Below, piece by piece: positions 37,696 through 47,667 of a stretch of 64,000 nt of DNA; the first letter of the stretch is position 1, and every line of letters begins with the position of its first letter. A program made the position numbers and the translations under genes. The notes under the pieces were generated by a model, which saw only the letters and a program-made list of their open reading frames with translations, was not told the DNA's origin and ran no database searches. The DNA is from Bacteroidota bacterium (GTDB lineage Bacteria > Bacteroidota > Ignavibacteria > Palsa-1295): contig JAJPIO010000011.1 in the NCBI GenBank assembly GCA_021324735.1, positions 22,612 through 86,611 on the forward strand, written 5' to 3'.

Positions 37696-39594
37696 TCAAC
37701 GGACGACCTGCATCTTCACGGTCTGCGTGAAGCTCGGGGTCACCAGCTGATAGTAGTATAATCCGGTTGCAACCAAGTTGCCGGAGGCATCGCGGCCATC
37801 CCAGTCAACTGTGTTGTGGCCCGCTGCGCGGCCTTCGTCGGCTACGAGCGTGCGAACTTCATGGCCCAGCATATCAAAGACGCGGACCGTAACATTCTCA
37901 GACTGTGCGAGATCGAAGCCGATCGTCGTATGGCCAGCGGCCGTGATGACGAATGGATTCGGCACGTTCTGGTCGAGCGAGCTCGTACCAGCCGTTGCAT
38001 TTTCGCCGCCAAGCTTGAGTGCTACATGCGAGGATGCCATATCGACGTCGTTCGATTGAACGTCCGTCATATCGAATTCGAGATTGCCATTCGCCGGCTT
38101 CGAGAACTCGAGATATCCGATCGTCGAGCCATTTTCGAAATTACCGCTCGTTGCAAGAGCAACGCGGCCCAGCGTAGCATTCGACGCCATGATCGTGCCT
38201 TCCGGAGAACGTGTTCCGACCAGCTGCACGCCATTGGCTTCGAGACCCTTCAAATTCATTTCTACCGAAAGAGCGCCATTCACACTGCCGCGGACCGTAA
38301 GCGGTACGAGCACCGTGTTACCATTCACACGCGCGTTCGATGGATCTGCAACGATACCCGAAACGTCGGTCGAGTGAATGTCGGACGACTTATATCCGGG
38401 CACCGGAAGCGGGAGCGGCCACGGCAATACCGCGAGCTTACCTGCAAGGTACATCATGATATAAGCAGCGTCGTACGACGTTACATAGTAGAAGTATGCG
38501 CCATAGGTCGGGTTATAAACGCGACCGTTGTGGTTCGCATCGCCGTGGAACGCGTTGCGGCCTTCGACGCTATCGAGCGGAATGCCATTGGCGCGCGACG
38601 TAAGAATAAGATTCGCGTCTGCGAGCGTAACAAAGCGGTTCTGGAAACGACGTACGTTTGGATCGCTGCTGGTCACCTGTGTAAGGTCAGCATCGCCATC
38701 ACCCCACTGGCTGAAGATCGCGCGGCCGTTCGGTACAAGCTGGATAGCACGACCTGGCAAGCAGGTTGCCGGCGGCCAGCAATCCGTACGACGCGTAACG
38801 TTCAAGCGGGTCGAATCACCATTGAATGCGGAGGTCGGGAAGAGCGCATTGATATGCGTGAATCCAACCGAGTCTTCTGCACCAACGGCTGCACCGACCG
38901 TCGTAACGGTACCGGTGGTACCGATCGGTCCGTACTGGAATTCGAAGGTGGCACGGTCGTCCGGATTCGCTTTATCGTTCGCCATCGGGTTCTCAAGGAT
39001 CCGAAGCTGGAACGATGCGATCGAATTCGGATTCGTCTTATCGTTGATGTTGAGGTCGCGCCATTCCACCGTAAAGGTATGAATGAACGAGAATGGCTTT
39101 GCATTCGGGTTCGGATCCGGTACTGACGTGGTCAGGTACGAGATGCGCGACGGATGATAACCCGGCTCGAGCGTACGATAATAGTGGTCGCCCCAGTATG
39201 GTGCGATCGTATTATTCGGCGTAATCGAGCTGAATAAAGTATTATTGTTGGCCGGGGTAACGGGGATCGGCTGAATACCACAGGTAACCCAACCATTGAC
39301 GTTCACATTGACTGTGTTGTAGTCATTCCCGTTGTAGTTGTACGTAAATCCGACCGGGATTCCATTGGCTGTGCCATCATCGTGATCGATAAAGCCGGCA
39401 AAGTTATAGAACTGGTCGGCCGAGATCAGTGTGGCACCAGCGAGTGGATTGTAAAACTCGTTGACGTACTGCACTGTATAATTCGCCCAGAGCGGCTGAA
39501 CGCCGAACTGCTGAGCGTGTGCCTTCGGCGTTACGCCGAGAACACTCACCGTCACGACGGCCAGCGCGACGAATAACCGTTGATAAAGTTTCAT
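37696..39594 (-). CDS. Secreted protein with dockerin-like duplicated motif, cohesin-like domain and FlgD-Ig CTD
   Basis: AAGGAG SD; GDAD..VTLADANLIL and GDANHNG..VTSYDAAYIMMYLAG; WDGRDASG..GLYYY. Confidence 0.8.
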   Translation of the reverse strand: MKLYQRLFVALAVVTVSVLGVTPKAHAQQFGVQPLWANYTVQYVNEFYNPLAGATLISADQFYNFAGFIDHDDGTANGIPVGFTYNYNGNDYNTVNVNVNGWVTCGIQPIPVTPANNNTLFSSITPNNTIAPYWGDHYYRTLEPGYHPSRISYLTTSVPDPNPNAKPFSFIHTFTVEWRDLNINDKTNPNSIASFQLRILENPMANDKANPDDRATFEFQYGPIGTTGTVTTVGAAVGAEDSVGFTHINALFPTSAFNGDSTRLNVTRRTDCWPPATCLPGRAIQLVPNGRAIFSQWGDGDADLTQVTSSDPNVRRFQNRFVTLADANLILTSRANGIPLDSVEGRNAFHGDANHNGRVYNPTYGAYFYYVTSYDAAYIMMYLAGKLAVLPWPLPLPVPGYKSSDIHSTDVSGIVADPSNARVNGNTVLVPLTVRGSVNGALSVEMNLKGLEANGVQLVGTRSPEGTIMASNATLGRVALATSGNFENGSTIGYLEFSKPANGNLEFDMTDVQSNDVDMASSHVALKLGGENATAGTSSLDQNVPNPFVITAAGHTTIGFDLAQSENVTVRVFDMLGHEVRTLVADEGRAAGHNTVDWDGRDASGNLVATGLYYYQLVTPSFTQTVKMQVVR

Positions 39595-39728
39595 GGGTCT
39601 AATACTCCTTGAAAGTTGACGTATTAACACTCTTGTTCGTCTGACTTATTTTGTTCGTCTGTCTTATGTCTCGTACTGACTGCCGCGACGACTGCCTAAA
39701 CAATCGCCGCAGCAGCCAAACGTTACAC

Positions 39729-42700
39729 TTATTTCGCTACCTTTTCGAACGACATCTTCACCGAAGAGGTAAACGAACCTGCCGTCATGTGAGCGATGTA
39801 CGAGCCTTCCGGAACGGTCGCGCCACTGGCGTCCGTACCATCCCACGTCACCGGATAAGAACCCGGATCAAGCTGCTCGTTGACAAGGGTACGAACCAGC
39901 GTGCCCTTGAGGTCATAGATATCGATCCGGACGTTCGAGCGCTCGGCGACCGCGAAGTTCAAGGTCGTTGCGCTGGCAAACGGATTCGGATAGTTCGGCT
40001 CGAGCGCGAAGGTCGGCTTCTGACCCTGATCGCCTACGCCAGCACCAGCCGGCACGAAGACGATAAGTGCATTGGTCAGGCCCTGATCGCGAATCTCCAA
40101 GCACATCGAGTCGGAGCCCATCGAGCGCCACGTGTACAAGCTGTTGTCGATGATACGTGCACCGCTGAACATGTTGATGTCGAACTCACCACGGTTACGC
40201 GGATTTCTCAGCATGAACCGGCCGGTGTTGAACGGCGTCGTCAGGTTCTTCGGATCGAGGCACGACGGCTTCCAGCAGATCTCGATCGGATAGAGACTAC
40301 CCGCACCGCCAGACTCGTTACCGGCCTGGAACACGACCTGCCACGTAATGAGCGACGACTGGTTCGTGTCGCTGCGTACGTCGACGGTAGTACCTTCGAG
40401 TTTACCACCGAGCGGTAGTATCCAACGTGCATCGAATGCACTGGTCGGAGGAGCCGGAGCGACTTCGTATTCGCAATACTGAATATCAAGCGAATCGTGT
40501 CCGAACGGTCCTGCACCGAAGCAGAGTATCTGAGCATCCTGCAACGGATGGAGCTGCGTTACTGCATTCGATACGGTGATCGCGCACTCGAACTTCGGCG
40601 TGTTGCCGACGTGTACCGCGTAGGTAAGCGTATCGACGTTACCCGTCGCATCCGTTACTTTGAGGCGGATGTACTCTGGTGCCGGCGGATTATTGAAGAA
40701 GTACGTATTGTCTTCATCGTAATGTCCGCAGACCTGCAGTGTGATCGTGTCGTTCTTCAACTGTCCGTTGATGGTACCAGGTGTTACCGTAATACGTGGA
40801 TCGAGCGATACGACTGTAAGCGTCTCTTTCGCGCACGTGTCACGGAGCAGGTCAAGATCGGAGACCTTAACACTGTCGCAGAACTGCTGATGGTTCATCA
40901 CGCAGAGCTGGCCTGGGCCACGGAAGAAGCTCGGAAGATGAGCGACCGAATCAACAGCAATGTTGAACGTCTTCCATGTTGTAAGCTGGCACTGGTCGCT
41001 GACGATAACCGTAACCTGGACGGAGTCGCCGCAGACACCCGCGAAGCGCGGAGCATCTGTAATACCCGGGATACCAGTGAGCACACCCGAGAACGGATCG
41101 ATCTTGAGCCACGATGGCGTATGACCGACCAGCGAGTCACGACCAACCTTATAAAGACCGTCACGGTAGACTACCTTTGACTGCCCCTGATAGAGAAGCG
41201 TATAGGTGTGGTAGTCAGCTACGTTCGGATCGGTGATCGCAATACGATTGATCTTCTGCGGATCCTGGAAGTTCAGGCTGTAATCAACACCTTCCTTAGC
41301 ATTCGGAAGCGCAGTCGTAATGATCGTCGGCGCAAAGTTAACCGGTACCGGCCAGCGCTGGAGCGCCTTGCCTGTGTGACCGTCATGCGCCTGGACCGCT
41401 GCGATCGTATCGAGGTTCAACTCGCCATTGACCTGCGGGGTCGGAGTGAGCAAGCCCACTGCGGTAGCCGAGTCAATACGAACGTTGATGATACCACGCT
41501 GCTGGAATGCTGCGCTGGAATCAACCGGCACATAGTTGCCACCGCTCGGATAGACCATCCACGACGGACGCGTCGGGAAGCTGTAGTTTGTACGGCCAAA
41601 GCGGAAGTCCCACGCTGGCGACATTGTACGGCCGGTATCCTTTGCCGTCGGAATCATTTCTGCCGCGGCAGCCGAATCCTCGAGCTCATCATCCGTCTGA
41701 AGATCGAACGAGTAGCGGAGCGAATCCGTAAGGTTCGCCGCGCACGGACGCTGATCGACATTCAGGAAGCGCGGAAGGCTATCCATGACGATGATGCGGA
41801 AATGATAGGTGCTCGAGGTCGAACGGACGCACAGCGTATCGCTGAGGAATCCACCGGTCGTGCAGTTCATGTACGGCGGGAATGTCCACATGCTAAGGCT
41901 TGCGCTATCCGGGCCAAGTAAGCCTGGGAATGCATTGAGCAATCCACGCTCGGACGCGAAGTTCGGCGGGAAGTTGGTCGCGGTCACCGTTAGCGCCTCG
42001 CCACCCGGTACTACGTCCGGATTGTGTGGCTGACCGGTGAGCAGGATATACCCGTTCGAGCCCGTGATGTTCTGATTAAAGATCGTCGTCGCTTTCAACC
42101 AGTGGTTAAGACGAATGTGAGCCTGGAGCGCGCGCAAGGTATCTGCAAGATATTGACCCTGTGCGTTTGCCGGTACCGCCTCACCTGCAATGAGGTCTGG
42201 CGTTACGCTAAGTGCAAGCTGCGTATAGTTACCCTGGTTAAAGAGGAAACGCGGATCGTAGAAATTATTCGGATCGTAGCCCGCCACGCGGAAGAGCGTG
42301 TGTGCCGGATCGCTCGCATCGTAGTTAACGTCCTCGTGTACAAAGCGTACGTTCGGGTTGTACGGATCGTTCTGAAGGTTCGTGATATCCGCTACGAAGC
42401 TCGGCGGAAGCACGTCACCGATGGTGAACTGAAGACCATGCGTGATCGCATAGGCTGCACCATATTTCCACAGGTGGGTGCGGCTAATAACAAGGATGTG
42501 ATCGCCAGGACGTACTGGAAGCGTATGATAACGCTCACCAGCGTACCAGGTCGTCGTACCAGTGACACCCTGCGTGCAGACGGTATCGCCGGAGGTTGTA
42601 CCCTGCATATCGGCAAGCGACAACTGATACTCGCGGCCAGCCAACGCTGCGCTATCTTCGAGCATCGAGGCACGCTGCACTTCATCGAACGTCATTTGCG

Positions 42701-45700
42701 ACGGACGGAGAAGCGACAGAGTATAGAGTGTCTGCTGGCGGAAGTTAGCATGGCGCTTCGCGATCGACGAATCCGGTACAAAGTCAAGACGTCCCTGATA
42801 GGTCTGCTGCGGGCCATTGCCTTCATCAACCATCGTCTCCTTCAAGTTCACACGGACGAACTCGTTCGTGTTTTGATTGAAGACCATGAAGACGGTGTAG
42901 TTACGAGCGTACGCATCGCGGTTCGAATCGGCAGCACTGACGTCAGCCTGCAGGAACAGCGGATATCCGATCGGATGTGGTCCAACGAAATCGGTCTGGT
43001 TAAGATCGATCTTCTGGACGTACGTCGCATTGGTATCGAAAATATTACGGGTAAAGCGATGGAGCTTTACAACATCGTTCGGAATACCGAGCGAGAATGC
43101 CTCAGCCGGAGCAAGGCGTCGGAACGCATAGTCCGCGACCTTCATGTCTGTGCCCTTATCGAAGAGGTCATAGACGCGGCCTTCCATGAGGAGCGTATCC
43201 GGGATCGTACCGATCTGAACTGGTGTGTAACCAGCCGGCGGATTACGGTTCGGCTCATAGACATTCGTGAAGCAACCCTTATAATAATCGATAAAGAAGG
43301 TTGCTTGCTGCGGACCTGTTGGCGGATGGATCTCCGTGATCACACTCGGTCCAGTCTCGCCCCAGAAGTTACCGCGAAGCGTATCAGCACCGCTGCGTCC
43401 TACGATCGGAGAGACCGGCAGGCGCAGGATGTAACGCGCTGTGTTATCATAGATAGCATCGCCACGCGAGTTCGTCTCGTACGATGGGAGCGAACCTTCG
43501 AAGTCGGCCCAGATCGTAGCACCGGCATTGACATCACCAGGATTCGAGATACCGGAAGCATCGAGATCGACATGGAGCGATGACTGCGATGACGCATGGT
43601 TGTTCGCGATCAAGCACTGGTTCGACATAAGCTTGAGGTCATAGCGATCGGACCAAATGGCCGAACCGGAATAGGCCTCGTTGCCTTCGAAACGAACGCG
43701 GCTAAAGAATGTCGAATCGAGCGGAATAAGCGGGTTGTCCGGCGGGGTCGTGATCTGAATAAAGATACCACCACCACGGCCGTGAGCAACGCCATTGGAA
43801 TAGTTATAAAGCTGAGCAGAGTCCGGTCCGAGGATTACGCGGTTATCGAGGAACCGGGTAAGCTCGCGCGGATCATATGGGAATGGGGTCGCTGCGGTAT
43901 CGCGAGCGATCTTTACATTCTGTGCATTGTACTCATTCTCAGCAAAGAAGCGGTTATTGGCCGTTCCGTTGATCGAAATAGCATCGACGATAGCAACGGC
44001 ACCGCCATTACCACCGACAACCGTATTGCTATTGTACTCGACCGCAAACGACGAGTCGCGCATACCGACGAACTCAGCACCGCCACCCTGTACGGTCATG
44101 CCGTAAAGGTTACCACGGTTCGGACCACCCGTTGGGTTCAAACGAGCGTCGAACGGATTGACCGAGTTCTGAAGGTGTAATGCACGGCGCTCCTGAAGAT
44201 CCGGTGCGCCACCGGCAAAACCATCGAGATAGATACTACCGCCGCCCTCACCCGCGAGGTTATTGAAGAAACGGACGCGCAGTTCGACAGAGTCGATACC
44301 GCCCGGCCACGGGAAATTCTGAGGAGCAAGATAGCCCGTGATGAATACCTGGTTCGGCGAGTAGATCGCACCACCGACCAAATACGCTACGTTACCATTA
44401 AACTGAACAAGTCCGGAATCGCGTACCGGGCCAACGAAGCCAGGCATGAACGGCACGATGTGCTCGGCGTCGATATTAAGACGTGGAGCAAGCGCCGGAC
44501 TGGAGCCATACAAGAAATCGAGATTGATCGCACCGCCCTTACCGGCTACGTTACCGGCGAAGGTGGCCATCTTGAGGATCGTAAGACCCGGAAGACGATC
44601 GTTGCCATTCGCACCAGGACCAGAAGGCACCTGGCTCGGATTGCCGGAGGTCGCGCTTACTGCGATAGCACCACCCCATGTATTAGCATCGGTATTAGCA
44701 ATCGCGGAGTCATTGTTGAATGTACAATTTGCGATCGTAAGCGCCGTGTTGCTGCCAACATAAATAGCACCACCCTTTGCGAAGTTCGGGCTCGTACCCG
44801 ATGTCGGTCCCAGCGTATTGTTCGCTGTGCAACGCTCGAAGAGCATTGTGTTCATCGTCGCCGTAAAGGAGGTCGTACCGACACTGAACGGGGTATAACC
44901 TAACGTCGCCGTGATGAAGTTAGCCGAATTAAAGGATGAACCATTGGACGCCATGTAAATAGCACCGCCGAGAGCCATTGCATCGGTCGGAAGCGGAGCT
45001 ACTTCATTATTATAAGCTCGGGTATCGCGAATGGTAAGACGGCATACCTGGCCGTTAGCGAGCGCGAGACGACCATCATCAGCAGGCGTAAAGCCGACCG
45101 GCGACTGAAGGAATGCGAACGCACCACCGCGGAACGACGTCTGGCAGCTATCGACGATAGCATCGTAGATATAGGTCTTACGAGACATCGTTGCGATAAC
45201 GCCGCCGTTACCATTGAAGGCATTATTCATGGCCGCATCAAAGGCCGCATCGGTCGGGTCGAGCGACGGGCTGTATAACAGCGTCTGATCGACCGTATTC
45301 CGTTTACGGAAATTGACGAAGCGGACGTTGGCGAAGAACGCCGAGTCCGAATTCGGAAGAATCAAGAAGTGACCCCACTCATGGGATGTATCACTGATCG
45401 GCATACCGCGGAAGAGGATCCGGCGGTTAAAACCAGTGAACCCGTTGGCGATGATTTTACCGCCGGTCGAGTCGATAATGCGGCTATTCGGCAAGAACCA
45501 CACTTCCGCACCTTCCATGATCTGGAGTGTACCGGCAACATCATAGTTACCAGCGATCTCATAGATCGTGTCAGTTGCGGAGTTACCCGGGGTACGCGGA
45601 AAGAAGACTTTCGTCTTACCGGCCGACAAATACCCGGAAACGGGCTGCAGGGTCTGTGCCTGAGTTTGGCCAACGAATGCCGCAAGGCCGAGAAGCACAA

Positions 45701-45725
45701 TTAAAGCAGTCAAGTATCGATGCAT
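39729..45725 (-). CDS. Giant (~2000 aa) secreted protein: GGAI/FxxN beta-helix repeats, cadherin/Ig-like repeat, FlgD-Ig CTD
   Basis: GGAGGT SD before MHRYL; FAGNVAGKGGAI, FNGNVAYLVGGAIY; PSWLKIDPFSGVLTG; NYPNPF..WDGTDASG. Confidence 0.85.
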   Translation of the reverse strand: MHRYLTALIVLLGLAAFVGQTQAQTLQPVSGYLSAGKTKVFFPRTPGNSATDTIYEIAGNYDVAGTLQIMEGAEVWFLPNSRIIDSTGGKIIANGFTGFNRRILFRGMPISDTSHEWGHFLILPNSDSAFFANVRFVNFRKRNTVDQTLLYSPSLDPTDAAFDAAMNNAFNGNGGVIATMSRKTYIYDAIVDSCQTSFRGGAFAFLQSPVGFTPADDGRLALANGQVCRLTIRDTRAYNNEVAPLPTDAMALGGAIYMASNGSSFNSANFITATLGYTPFSVGTTSFTATMNTMLFERCTANNTLGPTSGTSPNFAKGGAIYVGSNTALTIANCTFNNDSAIANTDANTWGGAIAVSATSGNPSQVPSGPGANGNDRLPGLTILKMATFAGNVAGKGGAINLDFLYGSSPALAPRLNIDAEHIVPFMPGFVGPVRDSGLVQFNGNVAYLVGGAIYSPNQVFITGYLAPQNFPWPGGIDSVELRVRFFNNLAGEGGGSIYLDGFAGGAPDLQERRALHLQNSVNPFDARLNPTGGPNRGNLYGMTVQGGGAEFVGMRDSSFAVEYNSNTVVGGNGGAVAIVDAISINGTANNRFFAENEYNAQNVKIARDTAATPFPYDPRELTRFLDNRVILGPDSAQLYNYSNGVAHGRGGGIFIQITTPPDNPLIPLDSTFFSRVRFEGNEAYSGSAIWSDRYDLKLMSNQCLIANNHASSQSSLHVDLDASGISNPGDVNAGATIWADFEGSLPSYETNSRGDAIYDNTARYILRLPVSPIVGRSGADTLRGNFWGETGPSVITEIHPPTGPQQATFFIDYYKGCFTNVYEPNRNPPAGYTPVQIGTIPDTLLMEGRVYDLFDKGTDMKVADYAFRRLAPAEAFSLGIPNDVVKLHRFTRNIFDTNATYVQKIDLNQTDFVGPHPIGYPLFLQADVSAADSNRDAYARNYTVFMVFNQNTNEFVRVNLKETMVDEGNGPQQTYQGRLDFVPDSSIAKRHANFRQQTLYTLSLLRPSQMTFDEVQRASMLEDSAALAGREYQLSLADMQGTTSGDTVCTQGVTGTTTWYAGERYHTLPVRPGDHILVISRTHLWKYGAAYAITHGLQFTIGDVLPPSFVADITNLQNDPYNPNVRFVHEDVNYDASDPAHTLFRVAGYDPNNFYDPRFLFNQGNYTQLALSVTPDLIAGEAVPANAQGQYLADTLRALQAHIRLNHWLKATTIFNQNITGSNGYILLTGQPHNPDVVPGGEALTVTATNFPPNFASERGLLNAFPGLLGPDSASLSMWTFPPYMNCTTGGFLSDTLCVRSTSSTYHFRIIVMDSLPRFLNVDQRPCAANLTDSLRYSFDLQTDDELEDSAAAAEMIPTAKDTGRTMSPAWDFRFGRTNYSFPTRPSWMVYPSGGNYVPVDSSAAFQQRGIINVRIDSATAVGLLTPTPQVNGELNLDTIAAVQAHDGHTGKALQRWPVPVNFAPTIITTALPNAKEGVDYSLNFQDPQKINRIAITDPNVADYHTYTLLYQGQSKVVYRDGLYKVGRDSLVGHTPSWLKIDPFSGVLTGIPGITDAPRFAGVCGDSVQVTVIVSDQCQLTTWKTFNIAVDSVAHLPSFFRGPGQLCVMNHQQFCDSVKVSDLDLLRDTCAKETLTVVSLDPRITVTPGTINGQLKNDTITLQVCGHYDEDNTYFFNNPPAPEYIRLKVTDATGNVDTLTYAVHVGNTPKFECAITVSNAVTQLHPLQDAQILCFGAGPFGHDSLDIQYCEYEVAPAPPTSAFDARWILPLGGKLEGTTVDVRSDTNQSSLITWQVVFQAGNESGGAGSLYPIEICWKPSCLDPKNLTTPFNTGRFMLRNPRNRGEFDINMFSGARIIDNSLYTWRSMGSDSMCLEIRDQGLTNALIVFVPAGAGVGDQGQKPTFALEPNYPNPFASATTLNFAVAERSNVRIDIYDLKGTLVRTLVNEQLDPGSYPVTWDGTDASGATVPEGSYIAHMTAGSFTSSVKMSFEKVAK

Positions 45726-45990
45726 ACTACCTCCATAAGTGAGGAACGAAGACCGGCGCCGCTGAGCCATTCCTGGTCCATTCGCGCGGTCCGTAAACGA
45801 AAATAAACTTTCCTGGTCGCCGCCCCTTTCGTTGCGGGCTCCCGATGGGGCAAAGTCAATTAGTCGCATGTGTCCAGTTATCTATAAAAAACCAATTCGG
45901 TTTCTACTTCAATAGCTTCGACGCCTCTGCACTGTTATTTGCAGATTTGCCAAAGCTTCTCCAAATACACTCTTCTATTACCAAGCGCTG

Positions 45991-46722
45991 TTACAGCTCG
46001 ACGTTAAACTTTAGCAGCTCGCGCCTGGCGGCATCATCAAACTGACTATTCGGATAATCGGCTGCCAACTGACGATAGATGCGAATTGCATCGTCGTTGC
46101 TTTTGGCAGCAGCATCATCGCGTGCAGCGCTTAGCAAATAATCGGCCGCCAACGGATTGGTCATATCACGTTTCGCTGCCGACTCAAATAACTTCGCTGC
46201 TTCGAGTTTGTTACCTTTATGTTCTAAAATTGCTGCTTTTCCTGCGTCGATCGATGCCTGAATGATCGGATAATCGCTTGACGCATTATCAAAAGCTTTA
46301 CTCGCACTATCGTACTTACCAAGTGCATAGTAGGAATTGCCGAGCAACAGGGCCGCCTGACTGCCGGCCGGCGTCGATCCAAACTCTTGTGCGATATAAC
46401 GAAGACCGAAGATCGGCTCGCCATCGATGCGGCGGGATTTATCTCCGTCGATCGCATGGCGGTAATCGCCACCGAAATAATACATTTCGACGCGAGAGAG
46501 ATAGGTATCGGCACGATCGGCATTCGCTTTACGCTGACCGGCCCACCACCAGAGCCCTACCACGATCGCAACAATAACGACAGCAACACCGGAAAGCACT
46601 CGCTGATTATTGCGAGCCCATTCCCGGCCATTCTCATAACGCAGCAACAGCTTCTCGGTCGAGCTTAGCCGCTCTGCGCCTGGTTGTTTTATTTCTGCTA
46701 TCTCTCGTTGCGAACGGATCAT
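45991..46722 (-). CDS. Membrane-anchored TPR protein (YfgM-like)
   Basis: One N-terminal TM helix, then TPR helices (LLLGNSYYALGKYDSA; AIRIYRQL..DYPNS). Confidence 0.8.
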   Translation of the reverse strand: MIRSQREIAEIKQPGAERLSSTEKLLLRYENGREWARNNQRVLSGVAVVIVAIVVGLWWWAGQRKANADRADTYLSRVEMYYFGGDYRHAIDGDKSRRIDGEPIFGLRYIAQEFGSTPAGSQAALLLGNSYYALGKYDSASKAFDNASSDYPIIQASIDAGKAAILEHKGNKLEAAKLFESAAKRDMTNPLAADYLLSAARDDAAAKSNDDAIRIYRQLAADYPNSQFDDAARRELLKFNVEL

Positions 46723-46821
46723 CCGTTATATCAAAAAACTTTCTTTATTCAACTGCTCGGCAAACGCTTCACGCTGGCCATTTCCACTGGTCCCAAGTCA
46801 TGGGCTCACGATCGAATGAAG

Positions 46822-46895
46822 CGCGCCCGGAAGGACTCGAACCCTCAGCCTTTGGAACCGGAATCCAACGTTCTATCCAGTTGAACTACGGGCGC
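46822..46895 (-). tRNA. tRNA-Arg(CCG)
   Basis: GCGCCCG acceptor stem, D-arm AGTTCAACTGGATAGAAC, anticodon stem TTGGA/TCCAA with loop TTCCGGT, T-loop GGTTCGAGTCC; CCA not encoded. Confidence 0.96.
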
Positions 46896-47427
46896 CTAAC
46901 CATTTGCCGCATCCACCAGAAGTGAATGCGCTAAGCGCTGTCACACTTCAGAACGCCGGAAAAATGCCTGCTTCGATCTTTTTCTCGAAACAGACATCCG
47001 CTTTTTCAAAGTACGATTGCTTCAGAAGCAAGCGCTGGAAGGCTGTTTTCAGCGCTCCATGACCGAAAGTGGAAATCCGGCACAAGATACTGCGGCAAAT
47101 ATACGAACGGATTTTGCAGTATCCGTAAAACGACGTTTGCTTTACGCATGAGCTTCCGAACAGAAACATTCGAAACCACACTTGTTTGCAGCCACGCCCG
47201 GCCGAATTCGACTATCCGGTGTGAAGCACCGAAATAATTACCCGTTTCTAATTTTGTTACACCTCGTCTGAATCTTTTTTCAAACTCTAGAGACTTCCTG
47301 AAAACTATCAACCTGAACCTGGATTCTCAGGATTATGCTGATTTTGAGGATCGATCCGAAGAATTTCTTTGGATTTCACTCCCAATTCGCCAATTCCTGA
47401 ACTTTCGGGTTATGCAGATTGCTCCAG

Positions 47428-47587
47428 TCAATATCCCCGATGGCTCCTTAGCTTTGCTATTGGCCAGCGGATATATTGAGCGGAGCGAACAAAGAGTCAC
47501 CCTAAGTCACCTGTCTCGTTAGAGACCTGCCCCTATGGCAACCTAAAGCGTCCTGACCTTTCGGCCAGCTCTTCGTTCGACATCCGC
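47428..47587 (-). ncRNA. Candidate structured RNA (unassigned)
   Basis: Multi-stem fold whose wobble pairs are G-U on the minus strand; GAAA and UAAC tetraloops. Confidence 0.35.
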
Positions 47588-47667
47588 ATGCCCACTCTTC
47601 AATTAATAATTAAGACTTAAGAATGAATAGACTGACCCGTAGTCCTCTATTAATTCTTAATTCCTAA

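Noticed and set aside
33422-44903. Long plus-strand ORFs (33422-34369, 37816-39126, 42024-43583 and others)
   Set aside because: Antisense shadows of strongly codon-biased minus-strand genes; R/V/D-rich with no motifs.
46822-46895. tRNA as an integration site for an island
   Set aside because: No duplicated tRNA 3' end and no integrase found nearby.
46948-47311. ORFs 46948-47181 and 47006-47311 as genes
   Set aside because: No recognisable motifs, non-ATG starts, and they overlap the probable tRNA promoter and hairpins.
47540-47575. c-di-GMP-I riboswitch
   Set aside because: Has a GAAA hairpin followed by GGACGC but lacks the upstream GCAAA, the following AAA and a tetraloop receptor on that strand.
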